In this document: in pieces, positions 27,794 to 38,077 of the stretch
Layout of the letters: every line of letters begins with the position of its first letter
How positions within the stretch are numbered: position 1 is the first letter of the stretch
Assembly (NCBI GenBank): GCA_963796955.1
Contig: CAWCNJ010000004.1
Location: forward strand, 288,001-352,000
Direction of reading: 5' to 3'
Length of the DNA: 64,000 nucleotides
DNA from: Endomicrobiales bacterium
GTDB taxonomy: Bacteria > Elusimicrobiota > Endomicrobiia > Endomicrobiales > JALOBY01
Program-made: the position numbers and the translations under genes
The notes under the pieces: model-generated
The model's database searches: none
What the model saw: only the letters and a program-made list of their open reading frames with translations
What the model was told of the DNA's origin: nothing

Positions 27794-29761
27794 ATGAATA
27801 TTATCGAAATTCGCGATATTAAAAAAACGTATTATATGGGAACGCAGGAACTGACGGTATTGTTCGGCGTTTCCCTGGACATCGCCGAAGGCGATTTTGC
27901 GGCTATCATGGGGCCTTCGGGCAGCGGTAAATCCACACTGCTGCATGTTCTTGGGCTGCTTGATAAACCGACCAGCGGTTCGTATCGCATAGAGAACCGC
28001 GAGGTCGCGCGCCTGAATGATTCCCAGCTGGCTGCGGTGCGCAACCGCCACATCGGCTATGTGTTCCAAAGTTTTAATCTGCTACCCCGTCTTACGGCGA
28101 TAGAGAACGTTATGCTGCCGCTGGTGTATGCCGATAAAGCCCATGATGCCGCAGCCTCCAGGAAAAAAGCCGCCGGCCTGCTTACGATGGTAGGCCTTGC
28201 CGACCGTATGGACCATAAACCGAATGAACTCTCCGGCGGCCAGCAGCAGCGCGTCGCCATAGCCCGCGCCCTGATGAACGATCCGGACCTGATACTGGCC
28301 GACGAGCCGACAGGCAACCTTGACAGTAAATCTGCCAAAGAGATCATCAGCATCCTGACAAAACTGAACGATTCCGGTATCACGGTGGTGATGGTAACGC
28401 ATGAGCCGGACCTTGCCATGCTCGCAAAACGCACGATCCGCCTTCAGGACGGTCTTGTCGTATCCGACGAACGGGTAGGCGGCGCAAAAACGGTCGCGCG
28501 TCCCGCCGTTAACGGTAATGATACCTTGCACCACGTGTTCCAGTTCAAGAGGGTAAAAGATTATTTTTCACAGGCGTTGCGGGCGTTGTGGTCTAATAAA
28601 ACACGCTCGGTGCTTTCTATCCTCGGTGTTCTTATAGGCGTCACGGGCTTGATAGCCATGCTCGCCCTCGGCAAGGGCGCCCAGGAAGAAACAAAAAAGC
28701 AGATGTCCACGCTTGGTTCAAATATTTTGATGGTCATGCCGAGCAACGCCTCCCGCGGCGGCGTCTCTCAGGAATCCGGCAGTCAGGTGCGGTTCACGCT
28801 GGAAGACGCACAGGCAGTGAAACGCCAGATAGATGGTGTAACGGGCGTCTCGGCCTATTCCAACGGCAGAGGCCAGGTGGTTTACGGCGGCAGGAACCGC
28901 AACACCCGCGTGGAAGGCACCTCGCCCGATTATACATTCATGAGGAACGCCCAGCCGCTGATAGGCAGGTTTTTCACCAATGACGAGAACACTTCCCGGG
29001 CGAAGGTGGTGGTGCTGGGCCAGACCGTAGCCACCGACCTTTTCGGCGATCGCAGCCCTATCGGCGAATTCGTGAAGATAAACCGCATAGATTTTCAGGT
29101 CATCGGCATCATGCCGGTCAAAGGTTCCAGCGGCTGGCGCGATGAAGACGATAAAGTTGATATTCCCGTCAATACCTCCATGTACCGCCTTCTCGGGCGG
29201 GACCATATAGATAATATGGATGTGCAGATGGCAGATGAAAGCATCATGGACCCGGCTATCGATAAAATCAAGGCCTTGCTGCTGCGCCTGCACCGCCTGC
29301 CTCCTGCCAGAATAGAATTAATAGATGTCCGCAACATGGCGGATATCCAGGCGACGATCTCAGCCACGATGAATATCTTTTCCACGCTGCTCGGTTCGGT
29401 CGCTTTCATCAGCCTGCTTGTAGGCGGCATAGGCATAATGAACATTATGCTTGTTTCCGTGACGGAGAGGACCAGGGAGATCGGCCTGCGCAAAGCTCTT
29501 GGCGCCGACAACAATGACATACTGTTCCAATTTGTTATAGAAGCGGTTGCTATTTGCGGCGTCGGCGGCTGCATCGGTATCGCGCTTGGCTGCACCATTT
29601 CTATTCTGCTGGCCGTTGTCGCAGGCTGGAAAACCATGATCGTTCCGTCCTCGATCGTCATCTCTTTCGTGTTTTCCGTGCTCATAGGCCTGGTCTTCGG
29701 CACCTGGCCCGCCAAAAAAGCCGCCAGACTCAATCCCATAGACGCCCTTAGATACGAATGA
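27794..29761 (+). CDS. macB: MacB-type ABC transporter (ATPase-permease fusion)
   Basis: [47 protein letters not shown]. Confidence 0.93.
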   Translation: MNIIEIRDIKKTYYMGTQELTVLFGVSLDIAEGDFAAIMGPSGSGKSTLLHVLGLLDKPTSGSYRIENREVARLNDSQLAAVRNRHIGYVFQSFNLLPRLTAIENVMLPLVYADKAHDAAASRKKAAGLLTMVGLADRMDHKPNELSGGQQQRVAIARALMNDPDLILADEPTGNLDSKSAKEIISILTKLNDSGITVVMVTHEPDLAMLAKRTIRLQDGLVVSDERVGGAKTVARPAVNGNDTLHHVFQFKRVKDYFSQALRALWSNKTRSVLSILGVLIGVTGLIAMLALGKGAQEETKKQMSTLGSNILMVMPSNASRGGVSQESGSQVRFTLEDAQAVKRQIDGVTGVSAYSNGRGQVVYGGRNRNTRVEGTSPDYTFMRNAQPLIGRFFTNDENTSRAKVVVLGQTVATDLFGDRSPIGEFVKINRIDFQVIGIMPVKGSSGWRDEDDKVDIPVNTSMYRLLGRDHIDNMDVQMADESIMDPAIDKIKALLLRLHRLPPARIELIDVRNMADIQATISATMNIFSTLLGSVAFISLLVGGIGIMNIMLVSVTERTREIGLRKALGADNNDILFQFVIEAVAICGVGGCIGIALGCTISILLAVVAGWKTMIVPSSIVISFVFSVLIGLVFGTWPAKKAARLNPIDALRYE

Positions 29762-31091
29762 AGCTTCCGTCTGCTGCAGCGTGTGTGCTTATACTTTACG
29801 CGCTGCCGGCGTTTGCAGATTCTGTGGTAACCTCTATTACCATTACCGATAACCGTGTTCTGGAAAGTATCGTCAGACGAAAACTCGCGTTTCGTGCGGG
29901 CGATACCCTTACCGACGATAAGTTAACCCGGACCCGCAAGGACCTGTATGCCATGGGCCTGTTCAAGCAGCTGGATATACAACAACAGCCGGACGGCCGG
30001 GACGGAGTTGCCGTTACCGTAAAAGCCAGAGACGGCTGGTTCGTTCTGCCATGGGTTATGGCCGGCAGCCGGGGCGGCGACCGTTACACCGGTGTTATGC
30101 TGATGGAACAAAATTATTTCCGGCTGTCAGAAAGACTGATGTATTTTGGTATGTTCCAGAACAGCATACAGTTCAATAGTTTTGCCGTGATGTTCCCGGA
30201 TATTTCCCTGAGCGCTGCTTTTGACAGGCGCGGCTACACGGAGTATCGCTACGTCAACGGCTCTTACAATTCAACCGTCCTTACCGGCCGCGATCTGGAC
30301 AAACTGCTGGAGCTCGGCCCGATAAGCGATTCCTACGATCTTGAAAGCGAAAGTACCCGCTTGTCGGCAACAATACCGCTGGATCGCACGATCAAGGTTT
30401 CCGCCGGAGTGAACCTGAGCAGGGCGGATTACAGCCCGATCTCCGGCGCGGCGCCCATGATGCCGGTTCATATAACGCGTTACAGGCCGGTGTATCGTAC
30501 GGCCGGACTGACGGAGGCCGCGACCTCGCAGGCTCTTTCGGCCGGATCTTCGGCATGGGCATGGCTGACTTTCAGGAGAACTTCAGGCCTCTTCCTTGCG
30601 CGGTAAGCGAGTGGGGCATGCAAGCTTCCGTTGAACCTGCATTCAAGGCATTGGGTTCCGAACATGATTACGTAAAAACAACGCTCTCTGCCGGCCGTGA
30701 GACGAAATTTTGCAACTACAGCCGTCTTCTTCTGTCTGCCCGGCTCGGAGCGGGTTCAACGCTTCCCTTCGGCCAGCTTTTCGCCAGCGGCCGGCGCGAC
30801 GGCATGATGGGTGTGTACGCCCGGGAATTCCGCGGCGACAACATAGGTATTGTTCAGGCGGACTATCGTTACCCCTTTGTGCGAAATCACACCGGAACGC
30901 TCAACGCCGATTTTTTCGCCGAGGCGGCAGCGCTTGATGGTCAGGTAAACAACAACTACGGCAAGCAGGGCGCGGGCTGTAACCTTTCCTGGCAGTTCTG
31001 GCGTTTTCCTTTGCCGATAGGTATCGGCTATACGTACTGCGTCGATGATCATAACTGGCAAACTTCTTTTGCTATCGGCGGTATGTTCTGA
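29758..31091 (+). pseudogene. POTRA + beta-barrel (Omp85-like) outer membrane protein split by a frameshift near 30456
   Basis: ORF 29758-30606 has a signal peptide and POTRA; ORF 30555-31091 ends in a barrel strand with terminal F; the -1 frame from 30456 joins them smoothly. Confidence 0.7.
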
Positions 31092-32368
31092 TGCCTGTCA
31101 TAATCGGTTTTGGTCCTGCCGGCATGTTCGCTGCCCTTGAACTTATCGAAAAAGGTGTTAAACCCGTTGTTTTTGAGAGGGGCCGAAAGATAGAGGAACG
31201 CACGGTCGATGTGCAGAGGTTTATTGCTGAGAGGGTATTGAACAGTGAATCTAACATTCAATTCGGGGAAGGCGGGGCGGGCTCATATTCAGACGGCAAG
31301 CTTTTTTCGCGGCCGGGGAACAATAATGCGTACGTGCAAAAAGTTCTGGGAACGCTGATCAAATTCGGGGCGCCGCCTGAAATAGCATATATGAAGAAGC
31401 CGCATCTCGGCACGGATGTGGTATGCAACATAGTCCGCAATGTGCGTGAACACGTTCTGCAAAACGGCGGCGAGATACACTATAACGCGAAGTTGACCGG
31501 CTTGCTGATCGCACATAAGAAGGTCGCGGGCGTAATAATAAACAATGCCGGGGAATATCTTTCTTCGTCAGTTTTTCTGGCGGTGGGCCACTCAGCACGC
31601 GATACTTTTGCACTGTTGAAGGCTGACGGTGTTGCCCTGGAACAAAGAGCGATCTCTATCGGTGTAAGGCTTGAGCATCCTGCCGAAACTATAAAAAAGA
31701 TCAGGCACGGTGAGCCGACCTATTCCTTTACATATACCGACCGGACCGCACGCAGGGGTGCCTATACTTTTTGCATGTGCCCGGGCGGCGAGATAGTGAA
31801 CGCATCATCTGAAGAAGGGATGCTGGTGCTTAACGGCATGAGTTACGCTGCCAGGTCGTCTCAATTTTCAAACGCGGCGATCATCGTTACCTGCCATGAA
31901 GAGGACTACGCCTCAAAAGATCCTCTGGCCGGGATAGAATTTCAGCGGGCAGTAGAAAGAAAGGCTTTTACAGCGGGCGGAGGAAGTTGGTCCGCGCCGG
32001 CCCAAAATCTCGAGGATTATCTGTCGGGCAGGGTGTCTGACCGTCTGAACAAAAATTCTTTTAAAATGGGTGTCGTGCCGGCTGACCTGAACCAAATTTT
32101 TCCGCACCCGGTCAATGAGGCATTAACGGCGGCTTTTTTGAAATGGCGGCAGGAAGAGCCTGCCTTTGTTTCCCGCGATGCTCTATTGCTGGCCGCGGAA
32201 ACCAGACCTTCTTGTCCGTTAAGGATCAAGCGCACCGCCGACTATGTTTCCGAGAACATCGCAGGTCTGTACCCGATAGGGGAAGGTTCCGGGTACACTG
32301 GCGGCATAACGAGCTCAGCGGCGGATGCGATCAAGGCTGTGGAATGCTGCTTAGCCGCGGGTTGTTGA
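31091..32368 (+). CDS. FAD/NAD(P)-dependent oxidoreductase (uncharacterised family)
   Basis: IIGFGPAG, FGEGGAGSYSDGKL, KPHLGTD, FCMCPGG, GEGSGYTGGI. Confidence 0.9.
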   Translation: MPVIIGFGPAGMFAALELIEKGVKPVVFERGRKIEERTVDVQRFIAERVLNSESNIQFGEGGAGSYSDGKLFSRPGNNNAYVQKVLGTLIKFGAPPEIAYMKKPHLGTDVVCNIVRNVREHVLQNGGEIHYNAKLTGLLIAHKKVAGVIINNAGEYLSSSVFLAVGHSARDTFALLKADGVALEQRAISIGVRLEHPAETIKKIRHGEPTYSFTYTDRTARRGAYTFCMCPGGEIVNASSEEGMLVLNGMSYAARSSQFSNAAIIVTCHEEDYASKDPLAGIEFQRAVERKAFTAGGGSWSAPAQNLEDYLSGRVSDRLNKNSFKMGVVPADLNQIFPHPVNEALTAAFLKWRQEEPAFVSRDALLLAAETRPSCPLRIKRTADYVSENIAGLYPIGEGSGYTGGITSSAADAIKAVECCLAAGC

Positions 32369-32369
32369 A

Positions 32370-33479
32370 TTATTTTGTTGTCGTGGTCGGTGTTGTCTCG
32401 GTTTTTTTCTGCGGTGCGGTGTAGGTAACAGCGGTGACGTTGAAATACCCTATCGGAGTGCGCGCTTCCATAGCCTGGGCCAGCATGACATTCGCCTTAA
32501 CGGAAAGCGCGTGAAAGAACGTAAGCTTTACTCCCAACCCAATGCCGATACTGCCCTTAACCGCTTCCCACGTATGGTATATATCAGTGCCGGCCACTTT
32601 TCCGCCCTCCACCAGCAGTTGCGCCGTAAAAATATTCAATAATTTCGTCGGTTCGCAGTTTTCCGGGCTGCACAACAGCGACAAGTCGTATTCAAGCCTG
32701 GTATAGGCCATGGCGTTGCCGCTCAGTTCGCGGTAGCGGTAGCCGTGCATATTGTCGTAGCCGCCAAGGTAGTAAGTGTCGCTGAGCGGACGGAAGGTAT
32801 TCTCCACAGGGTAGCCCAGCTTCAACGTGGTTTTGATCAAATGACGGTCAAAAAACCGCAGGGTGCTTACAATGGATCCGTCGGCCTGCGTATATTCGTA
32901 ATCGCTGCCCCAGCACCGTATCGCCCGTTTCAGGGAAACGGTAGAGAGCATGCCGCTGGGCTCGTCAAGGTCTTCGTCCAGCGTATCGAAATTCGTCGTG
33001 AGTATGCCGAGCACGGGCCGCCCGCTGTCCAAAACTATTTTCGTATCGCCGGTCGCAGTGATAGTCTGACCGAATGAAACACCGAACTTTCCCGAGATCT
33101 CCGGCGTGAACTGGCGGCCGACATACGGCATGGCGTAGCGCGTTTTCTGCAGGTAATTGCTGTTCGTATACAGCGCCGAGTAGTTAAGTTCGTCGTAAAA
33201 CTCCGTGCCGACGAACAACAGGGGAAAACGGAGTTTGAAATTAAGCCGGTTGTTGGTGAAATTGTTCAAGTAGTCGTACCTGGCGGCATACTCCGTATCG
33301 CTGATGCCGATGCTGTTGAGAACCAATATATCTATAACCCCGTTCGGAACATAAAATTTCAGTTCGGGGGACGTAGAGATAGAGGTTTGTTCCACCTTCG
33401 CCTGTGTCAGCTGCTTAAAATCCGCCTGCAGCGGCGCGGCTATAAGGCATATGCATAAAACGGTCAACGATTTTTTCAT
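32370..33479 (-). CDS. Outer membrane beta-barrel protein (Omp85/TamA-like C-terminus)
   Basis: Signal peptide; YLGGYDNMHGY loop motif, SIGIGLGV. Confidence 0.7.
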   Translation of the reverse strand: MKKSLTVLCICLIAAPLQADFKQLTQAKVEQTSISTSPELKFYVPNGVIDILVLNSIGISDTEYAARYDYLNNFTNNRLNFKLRFPLLFVGTEFYDELNYSALYTNSNYLQKTRYAMPYVGRQFTPEISGKFGVSFGQTITATGDTKIVLDSGRPVLGILTTNFDTLDEDLDEPSGMLSTVSLKRAIRCWGSDYEYTQADGSIVSTLRFFDRHLIKTTLKLGYPVENTFRPLSDTYYLGGYDNMHGYRYRELSGNAMAYTRLEYDLSLLCSPENCEPTKLLNIFTAQLLVEGGKVAGTDIYHTWEAVKGSIGIGLGVKLTFFHALSVKANVMLAQAMEARTPIGYFNVTAVTYTAPQKKTETTPTTTTK

Positions 33480-33615
33480 GGGCATAGTATAACAAATATT
33501 TCCATGACAAATCACGCTGAGGGATGACGCGCTGGTAACGCGTTGTTGTTTTTAAATGCGAATTATTGGTATATATGGTATACTATGGTGGTCGCTATCG
33601 ATTACCGGAGGAATC

Positions 33616-34962
33616 ATGCTGCCCAAACTCAATGGATTGATGGCCAGTGTCGGCATTTTTTTTATGTTCTCGTGTCTTCAGGTGGTGTACGGGCAGGGGA
33701 TCTTTGTTTTACCCGGGGCGCGGGGCAACGGGATGGGCGCGGCTTTTACGTCCATAGCCGATGATGCGAGTGCGATATATTGGAACCCCGCGGGACTGGC
33801 GGCCCAGAAAAATACGCAGCTAGAGGTTTCAGGATTTTATATGTCCGATCCGACGAGATCAAATACATCGCTGGCCAACGTGCCCTCGCCAAACAGCGCG
33901 GACGGTGATTTTCCGCTGTTGAAGATTTATCCTACCGAACCTGCCTTATATTCAAAAAAAACAATGTCCGTGGATGTGTTTTCGCCTCTTGTCGCCGTTG
34001 TTTCTTCTTATAAAGGTTTTGTCTACGCTATCGGCATGTACGGTATCGGGGGCGGCTGCGGCAAATTCAACGATACCATCGCAGACACGGTAACCGGCGC
34101 GGATAGTATACACGCTGCTTTGGACGCCAATCAGGCCATAAGCGTCTACAATATTTCCGTGGCTAAAGATGTTGCGGATGGGCTTTCACTGGGTCTTGGG
34201 TTGGATATGTTAAAGATAACGGATAAACTGACGGTAGATAAAGAATACAATATAAACCCCGGCTCGCCGCTAACGGGCACCGGCCTGACGTCGTATAGCA
34301 TAAACGCCGGCAATGATGCGGCAGGTTCTGCGATCCAGGTGGACCTGGGCGCAAAATATAAAGCCGGCGAAAAGATGGATATAGGACTTGTGCTGCGTTC
34401 CGGAGCAACGGTAGACCTTAAAGGAAAAGCTACCTACGATCAAACCGGCCTCGCGGCCGTGGGCAGCCCTGATGCCAGCCTCAGGTCTAACTATGACAAA
34501 TACTATGCGTATCCCGCTACCATCGATCTGGGGTTGTCGTATAAAGTGTTGCCGCGTCTGGTGGTTGCCGCCGCGGTCTCATACGATATGTACTACACAA
34601 TGAAGAATGACGTCACGTACGCAGATCCGGTTCCCGGGGTATTTGATAATGTTGACCAGACCTCGCACTGGAAAAGCGAACCGCTTTACCGCGCGGGCGC
34701 CCAGTACGCCTGCAGCGACAGGCTGCAGCTTCGCGGCGGCATCAGCACGGACCCAACCCCGTTCGCCGTTGACGAAATGACGTTTCTGAATATCAATCAG
34801 TTCTCCATGCTCCAGTTTGCCGTCGGTGCAGGCTATGCAATGGGCAAAGTGCGGCTGGACGGCGAATATACCTATTCGATGTCAGATGATCCGTCGAAAG
34901 GCGACAGGACCTCTCAATTCCCGGTGAATGCTTTCAGGCTGGACCTTACGTACGGTTTTTAA
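33616..34962 (+). CDS. OmpP1/FadL-family outer membrane transporter
   Basis: GARGNGMGAAF..IADDASAIYWNPAGL; C-terminal YGF. Confidence 0.9.
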   Translation: MLPKLNGLMASVGIFFMFSCLQVVYGQGIFVLPGARGNGMGAAFTSIADDASAIYWNPAGLAAQKNTQLEVSGFYMSDPTRSNTSLANVPSPNSADGDFPLLKIYPTEPALYSKKTMSVDVFSPLVAVVSSYKGFVYAIGMYGIGGGCGKFNDTIADTVTGADSIHAALDANQAISVYNISVAKDVADGLSLGLGLDMLKITDKLTVDKEYNINPGSPLTGTGLTSYSINAGNDAAGSAIQVDLGAKYKAGEKMDIGLVLRSGATVDLKGKATYDQTGLAAVGSPDASLRSNYDKYYAYPATIDLGLSYKVLPRLVVAAAVSYDMYYTMKNDVTYADPVPGVFDNVDQTSHWKSEPLYRAGAQYACSDRLQLRGGISTDPTPFAVDEMTFLNINQFSMLQFAVGAGYAMGKVRLDGEYTYSMSDDPSKGDRTSQFPVNAFRLDLTYGF

Positions 34963-34989
34963 TTTCGGATATATATTTATCGGAGCACT

Positions 34990-35424
34990 GTGATGAAAAC
35001 GTACGCCTTTATATACTGCATGGCCGGATTTATTTTAGGTTGCCTGGTTCTATTTGTATTGAAAAGAAATTGCCGGTTGTTGCTTAATTGGAAAAAGCAT
35101 AAAATACTGTCTGGCACGGAGAATGATGGCGTAAATGTCAAAGATCTTGAGCGTGTTGCTGAGAACGCTCGTGTAAAAGCTCTGGAAGAGGCGCGCGCCG
35201 AACTGGAGTCTATCGTTGATAAGCGTACCGCCCAGTTCAAAGCCAACTTCGCCGAGCTTTCGCGGAAAACGAATACACTGGCGCGTTTCCAGAAGATCAC
35301 TGTCGGAAGGGAACTGGAAATGATAGCCCTTAAGGCCAAGATTAATTCCCTGCTTAAAGAGCTGGGCCGCAAGCCGCTCTATACCCTGCCGGAAAATAGT
35401 AACATGAAGGATTTGGAACAATGA
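34990..35424 (+). CDS. Membrane-anchored signalling-helix/coiled-coil protein
   Basis: One TM helix; ELESIVDKRTAQF, VGRELEMIALK..IN.LL.ELG. Confidence 0.7.
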   Translation: MMKTYAFIYCMAGFILGCLVLFVLKRNCRLLLNWKKHKILSGTENDGVNVKDLERVAENARVKALEEARAELESIVDKRTAQFKANFAELSRKTNTLARFQKITVGRELEMIALKAKINSLLKELGRKPLYTLPENSNMKDLEQ

Positions 35425-37370
35425 ACATACTCGCGTTCGCCCATCTCATCTCATTCATATTTTATGCCTGGGCGATGGTCTTTATCCTGAGCAGGAATCC
35501 CGCGGGAAAATTGAACCGTATCTGTTCCGCGTTGGTATTCGTGATGGCGGTCTGGTCGCTGGCATACATTTTCAGGGAAAGCGCGTCTTCCGCCGGGACG
35601 GCTTTGTTCTGGTCCGGTGTGGGCTCGCTCGGCTGGTGCACCTTTCCCAGCCTTGCTCTATGGTTCGCAATAGTGCTTTCAGGCAGGGATGAAAAGATAA
35701 AACGCTGGTTGTACGCCCTGATATTTCTGGTACCGGCGATATTTTTTCTGGCTCAGATAACGCATACGGCTATGCTGCGGTCTTTGTATAAGCTGCCTGG
35801 AGGATATTACTGGAACGAACGCTGGGCGAATAATGCCTGGACATACCTTTATTATATGTATTTTCCTTCCTGCACGCTGATCTCCGTATACCTGCTCGGT
35901 TCCTTCGCAAGGAAGGTTAACGACCCGCGAAAAGCCAGACAGGCAATGATCGTGGCCGCGATGACATTGTGTTCCATCGTGATCGGTTCATTCACGAACG
36001 TGATACTGCCCAATGTTGGGATCCACACGCCGATCGTGGCAAATATTATCTCGCTTGTTTGGATGCTGGGTGTTGTCTACGCGGTAACAAAATACAGCCT
36101 TATGACCGTAACTATGGCGATCGCGGCAAAAGAAATAGTAGCTACTATGCCGGAAGCGATCTTTGTTATTTTGATCGACGCCACAATTATGGACATAAAT
36201 GAAGCGGCCTGTGAACTGACGGGCTATACCAGAAAAGAATTGTCGGGGAAGCCGGCTAAAATGCTTTTTACAGAAGATGGTTACGAGCGCAACGGCAAAC
36301 GTATGTACCGTGACCTGCTGGAAAAGTCTACCGTGCGCAATTATGCCGTGAGCATCAGGGCTAAAGACGGCTCTGAAATACCGGTGAACTTTTCCGGATC
36401 GGTTATACGTAACAGGCAGGGCGTCGTTATCGGGATGGTCGGTATCGCCCGCGATGTGCGGGAGATGGTGCGGCTGCAGGAACGGGAAAAAGAACTGTCC
36501 CTGAAAGCCGCTGCCGCCGAAAAAATGAGGATCGTCAGCCTTGAGGCCTCGCAGGCTGAACTTGAGAACAGGGTCGCCCTCAGGACCGCCGAACTTGAGC
36601 AGACGCATCTTGCCTCGCTTAATATCATGGAAGATCTGGAACTCAGAAGAAGCGAGCTGCAAGAGGCGTATGAAGAGTTGAAGACCGCGCAGGCGAGCCT
36701 TATTCAGTCGGAGAAGATGGCTGCCATGGGCCAGCTGGCGGCCGGGATAGCGCACGAGATCAATAATCCCATGGGTGTGATCCTCGGTTTTGCCCAGTTC
36801 ATAACCAAAAACCTGCCTCAATCCGACTTGTGTTATAAGCCGGCGAAATCCCTTGAGGCGGAGGCTGCCCGCTGCCGCCAGGTGATAGTAGATCTGTTGA
36901 GTTTCTCCAGGACCGGCCAGGTTGAACGGGAAAGCGTGCATATTAACGAGTTGATAGATCAAACCGTATCGGTTATCGGCGGACAGGCGAAAATAAAAAA
37001 TGTGATAATAGAGAAAACCTACGACGGCTCGCTTGGGGAAATACAAGCTCACAGGAACCAGATACAGCAAATACTGATAAATCTCTGCAATAATGCCATG
37101 GATGCGATGGCCGAGGGTGGTACCATTTATATCCGTACCAAAAGAACGGATGACTTTGCCGCCATTGAGGTGCAAGATACCGGGACCGGCATGCCCGAAG
37201 AAGTGCGCAAACATATTTTTGAGCCTTTCTATACGACTAAGGAAGCCGGCAAAGGCACCGGCCTTGGATTGGCCTTATGCTACGAATTCGTAAAAAAACA
37301 TAACGGAAGCATTGAAGTTAAAAGCGAAGTAGGCGCAGGAACCTCCATAACCATTCTTTTACCCGCCTGA
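35421..37370 (+). CDS. Sensor histidine kinase (7TM-PAS-HisKA-HATPase)
   Basis: Multi-TM N-terminus, PAS, AGIAHEINNP, NLCNNA.DA, DTGTG, FEPFYTTK, GTGLGL. Confidence 0.95.
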   Translation: MNILAFAHLISFIFYAWAMVFILSRNPAGKLNRICSALVFVMAVWSLAYIFRESASSAGTALFWSGVGSLGWCTFPSLALWFAIVLSGRDEKIKRWLYALIFLVPAIFFLAQITHTAMLRSLYKLPGGYYWNERWANNAWTYLYYMYFPSCTLISVYLLGSFARKVNDPRKARQAMIVAAMTLCSIVIGSFTNVILPNVGIHTPIVANIISLVWMLGVVYAVTKYSLMTVTMAIAAKEIVATMPEAIFVILIDATIMDINEAACELTGYTRKELSGKPAKMLFTEDGYERNGKRMYRDLLEKSTVRNYAVSIRAKDGSEIPVNFSGSVIRNRQGVVIGMVGIARDVREMVRLQEREKELSLKAAAAEKMRIVSLEASQAELENRVALRTAELEQTHLASLNIMEDLELRRSELQEAYEELKTAQASLIQSEKMAAMGQLAAGIAHEINNPMGVILGFAQFITKNLPQSDLCYKPAKSLEAEAARCRQVIVDLLSFSRTGQVERESVHINELIDQTVSVIGGQAKIKNVIIEKTYDGSLGEIQAHRNQIQQILINLCNNAMDAMAEGGTIYIRTKRTDDFAAIEVQDTGTGMPEEVRKHIFEPFYTTKEAGKGTGLGLALCYEFVKKHNGSIEVKSEVGAGTSITILLPA

Positions 37371-37408
37371 CAACCTGTTAACCTATGGCTACCACTGTTA
37401 ATGCAGGC

Positions 37409-37440
37409 TTGACAAAAATAATGTTTTAGTTTATAATACA
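37409..37440 (+). promoter_or_regulatory. sigma70 promoter with overlapping 19-bp operator
   Basis: TTGACA-17-TATAAT; TGTTTTAGTTTATAATACA overlaps the -10. Confidence 0.8.
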
Positions 37441-37456
37441 ATTCAAAGGGGAATGC

Positions 37457-38008
37457 ATGAGCATTATCGGTGTAAACATCAAACGGTTACGCGAAGATAA
37501 ACACATTACGCTTCGCTCATTCGCGAAAAATGTGGACATCAGCCCAAGCTTTCTCTCTCAGGTTGAGACCGGCAAGGCGCTGCCTTCCCTGGATACGCTG
37601 AAAAGCATTGCCAATAACCTGGGCACCACGGTAGGTAACCTGATAGGCGAAGATCAGGTCGTCAGGTCATCGCCGGTGATCAGGTCGCATGAACGTATTA
37701 AGCTTAACGAGATCAGCAGCGGGATAAACCTGTACCTGCTTACCGCGCCGGACCCGAACAAGCAGATGGAGCCGCTTCTTTTTAAACTGAGCGAGAAAGC
37801 AGATTCCGGTGCCTCAATGTACAAGCACTTCGGTCAGGAATTCGTAATGGTCATTAAGGGCAGCATAGAGATAACGCTTAACGACGCGGTGTATGTGCTG
37901 AACAAGGGAGACAGTATTTACTTTAATTCAAGCACCCCTCATTCGTTCAAGAATTTGATGGAAGGTGACACAGAAGCGATCTGGGTGGTGACCCCGCCGA
38001 CATTCTAA
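37457..38008 (+). CDS. XRE HTH-cupin transcriptional regulator
   Basis: ISPSFLSQVETG..PSL.TL..IA; cupin H.GQEF...GDSIYF....PH. Confidence 0.93.
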   Translation: MSIIGVNIKRLREDKHITLRSFAKNVDISPSFLSQVETGKALPSLDTLKSIANNLGTTVGNLIGEDQVVRSSPVIRSHERIKLNEISSGINLYLLTAPDPNKQMEPLLFKLSEKADSGASMYKHFGQEFVMVIKGSIEITLNDAVYVLNKGDSIYFNSSTPHSFKNLMEGDTEAIWVVTPPTF

Positions 38009-38025
38009 ATTTTTTTTGCCTCGGG

Positions 38026-38064
38026 TGTTTAGTATAAGAATACAGTGTATTGTATATATGAACA
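38026..38064 (+). promoter_or_regulatory. Two adjacent 19-bp operator-like boxes
   Basis: TGTTTAGTATAAGAATACA and TGTATTGTATATATGAACA (inverted copy). Confidence 0.7.
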
Positions 38065-38077
38065 AAAGGGAGTTTTT

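Noticed and set aside
35988..37214. Long antisense ORFs (408 aa here; also 38504-39406, 50258-51046, 7668-8426 and others)
   Set aside because: They shadow well-supported genes on the opposite strand and have no recognisable motifs.
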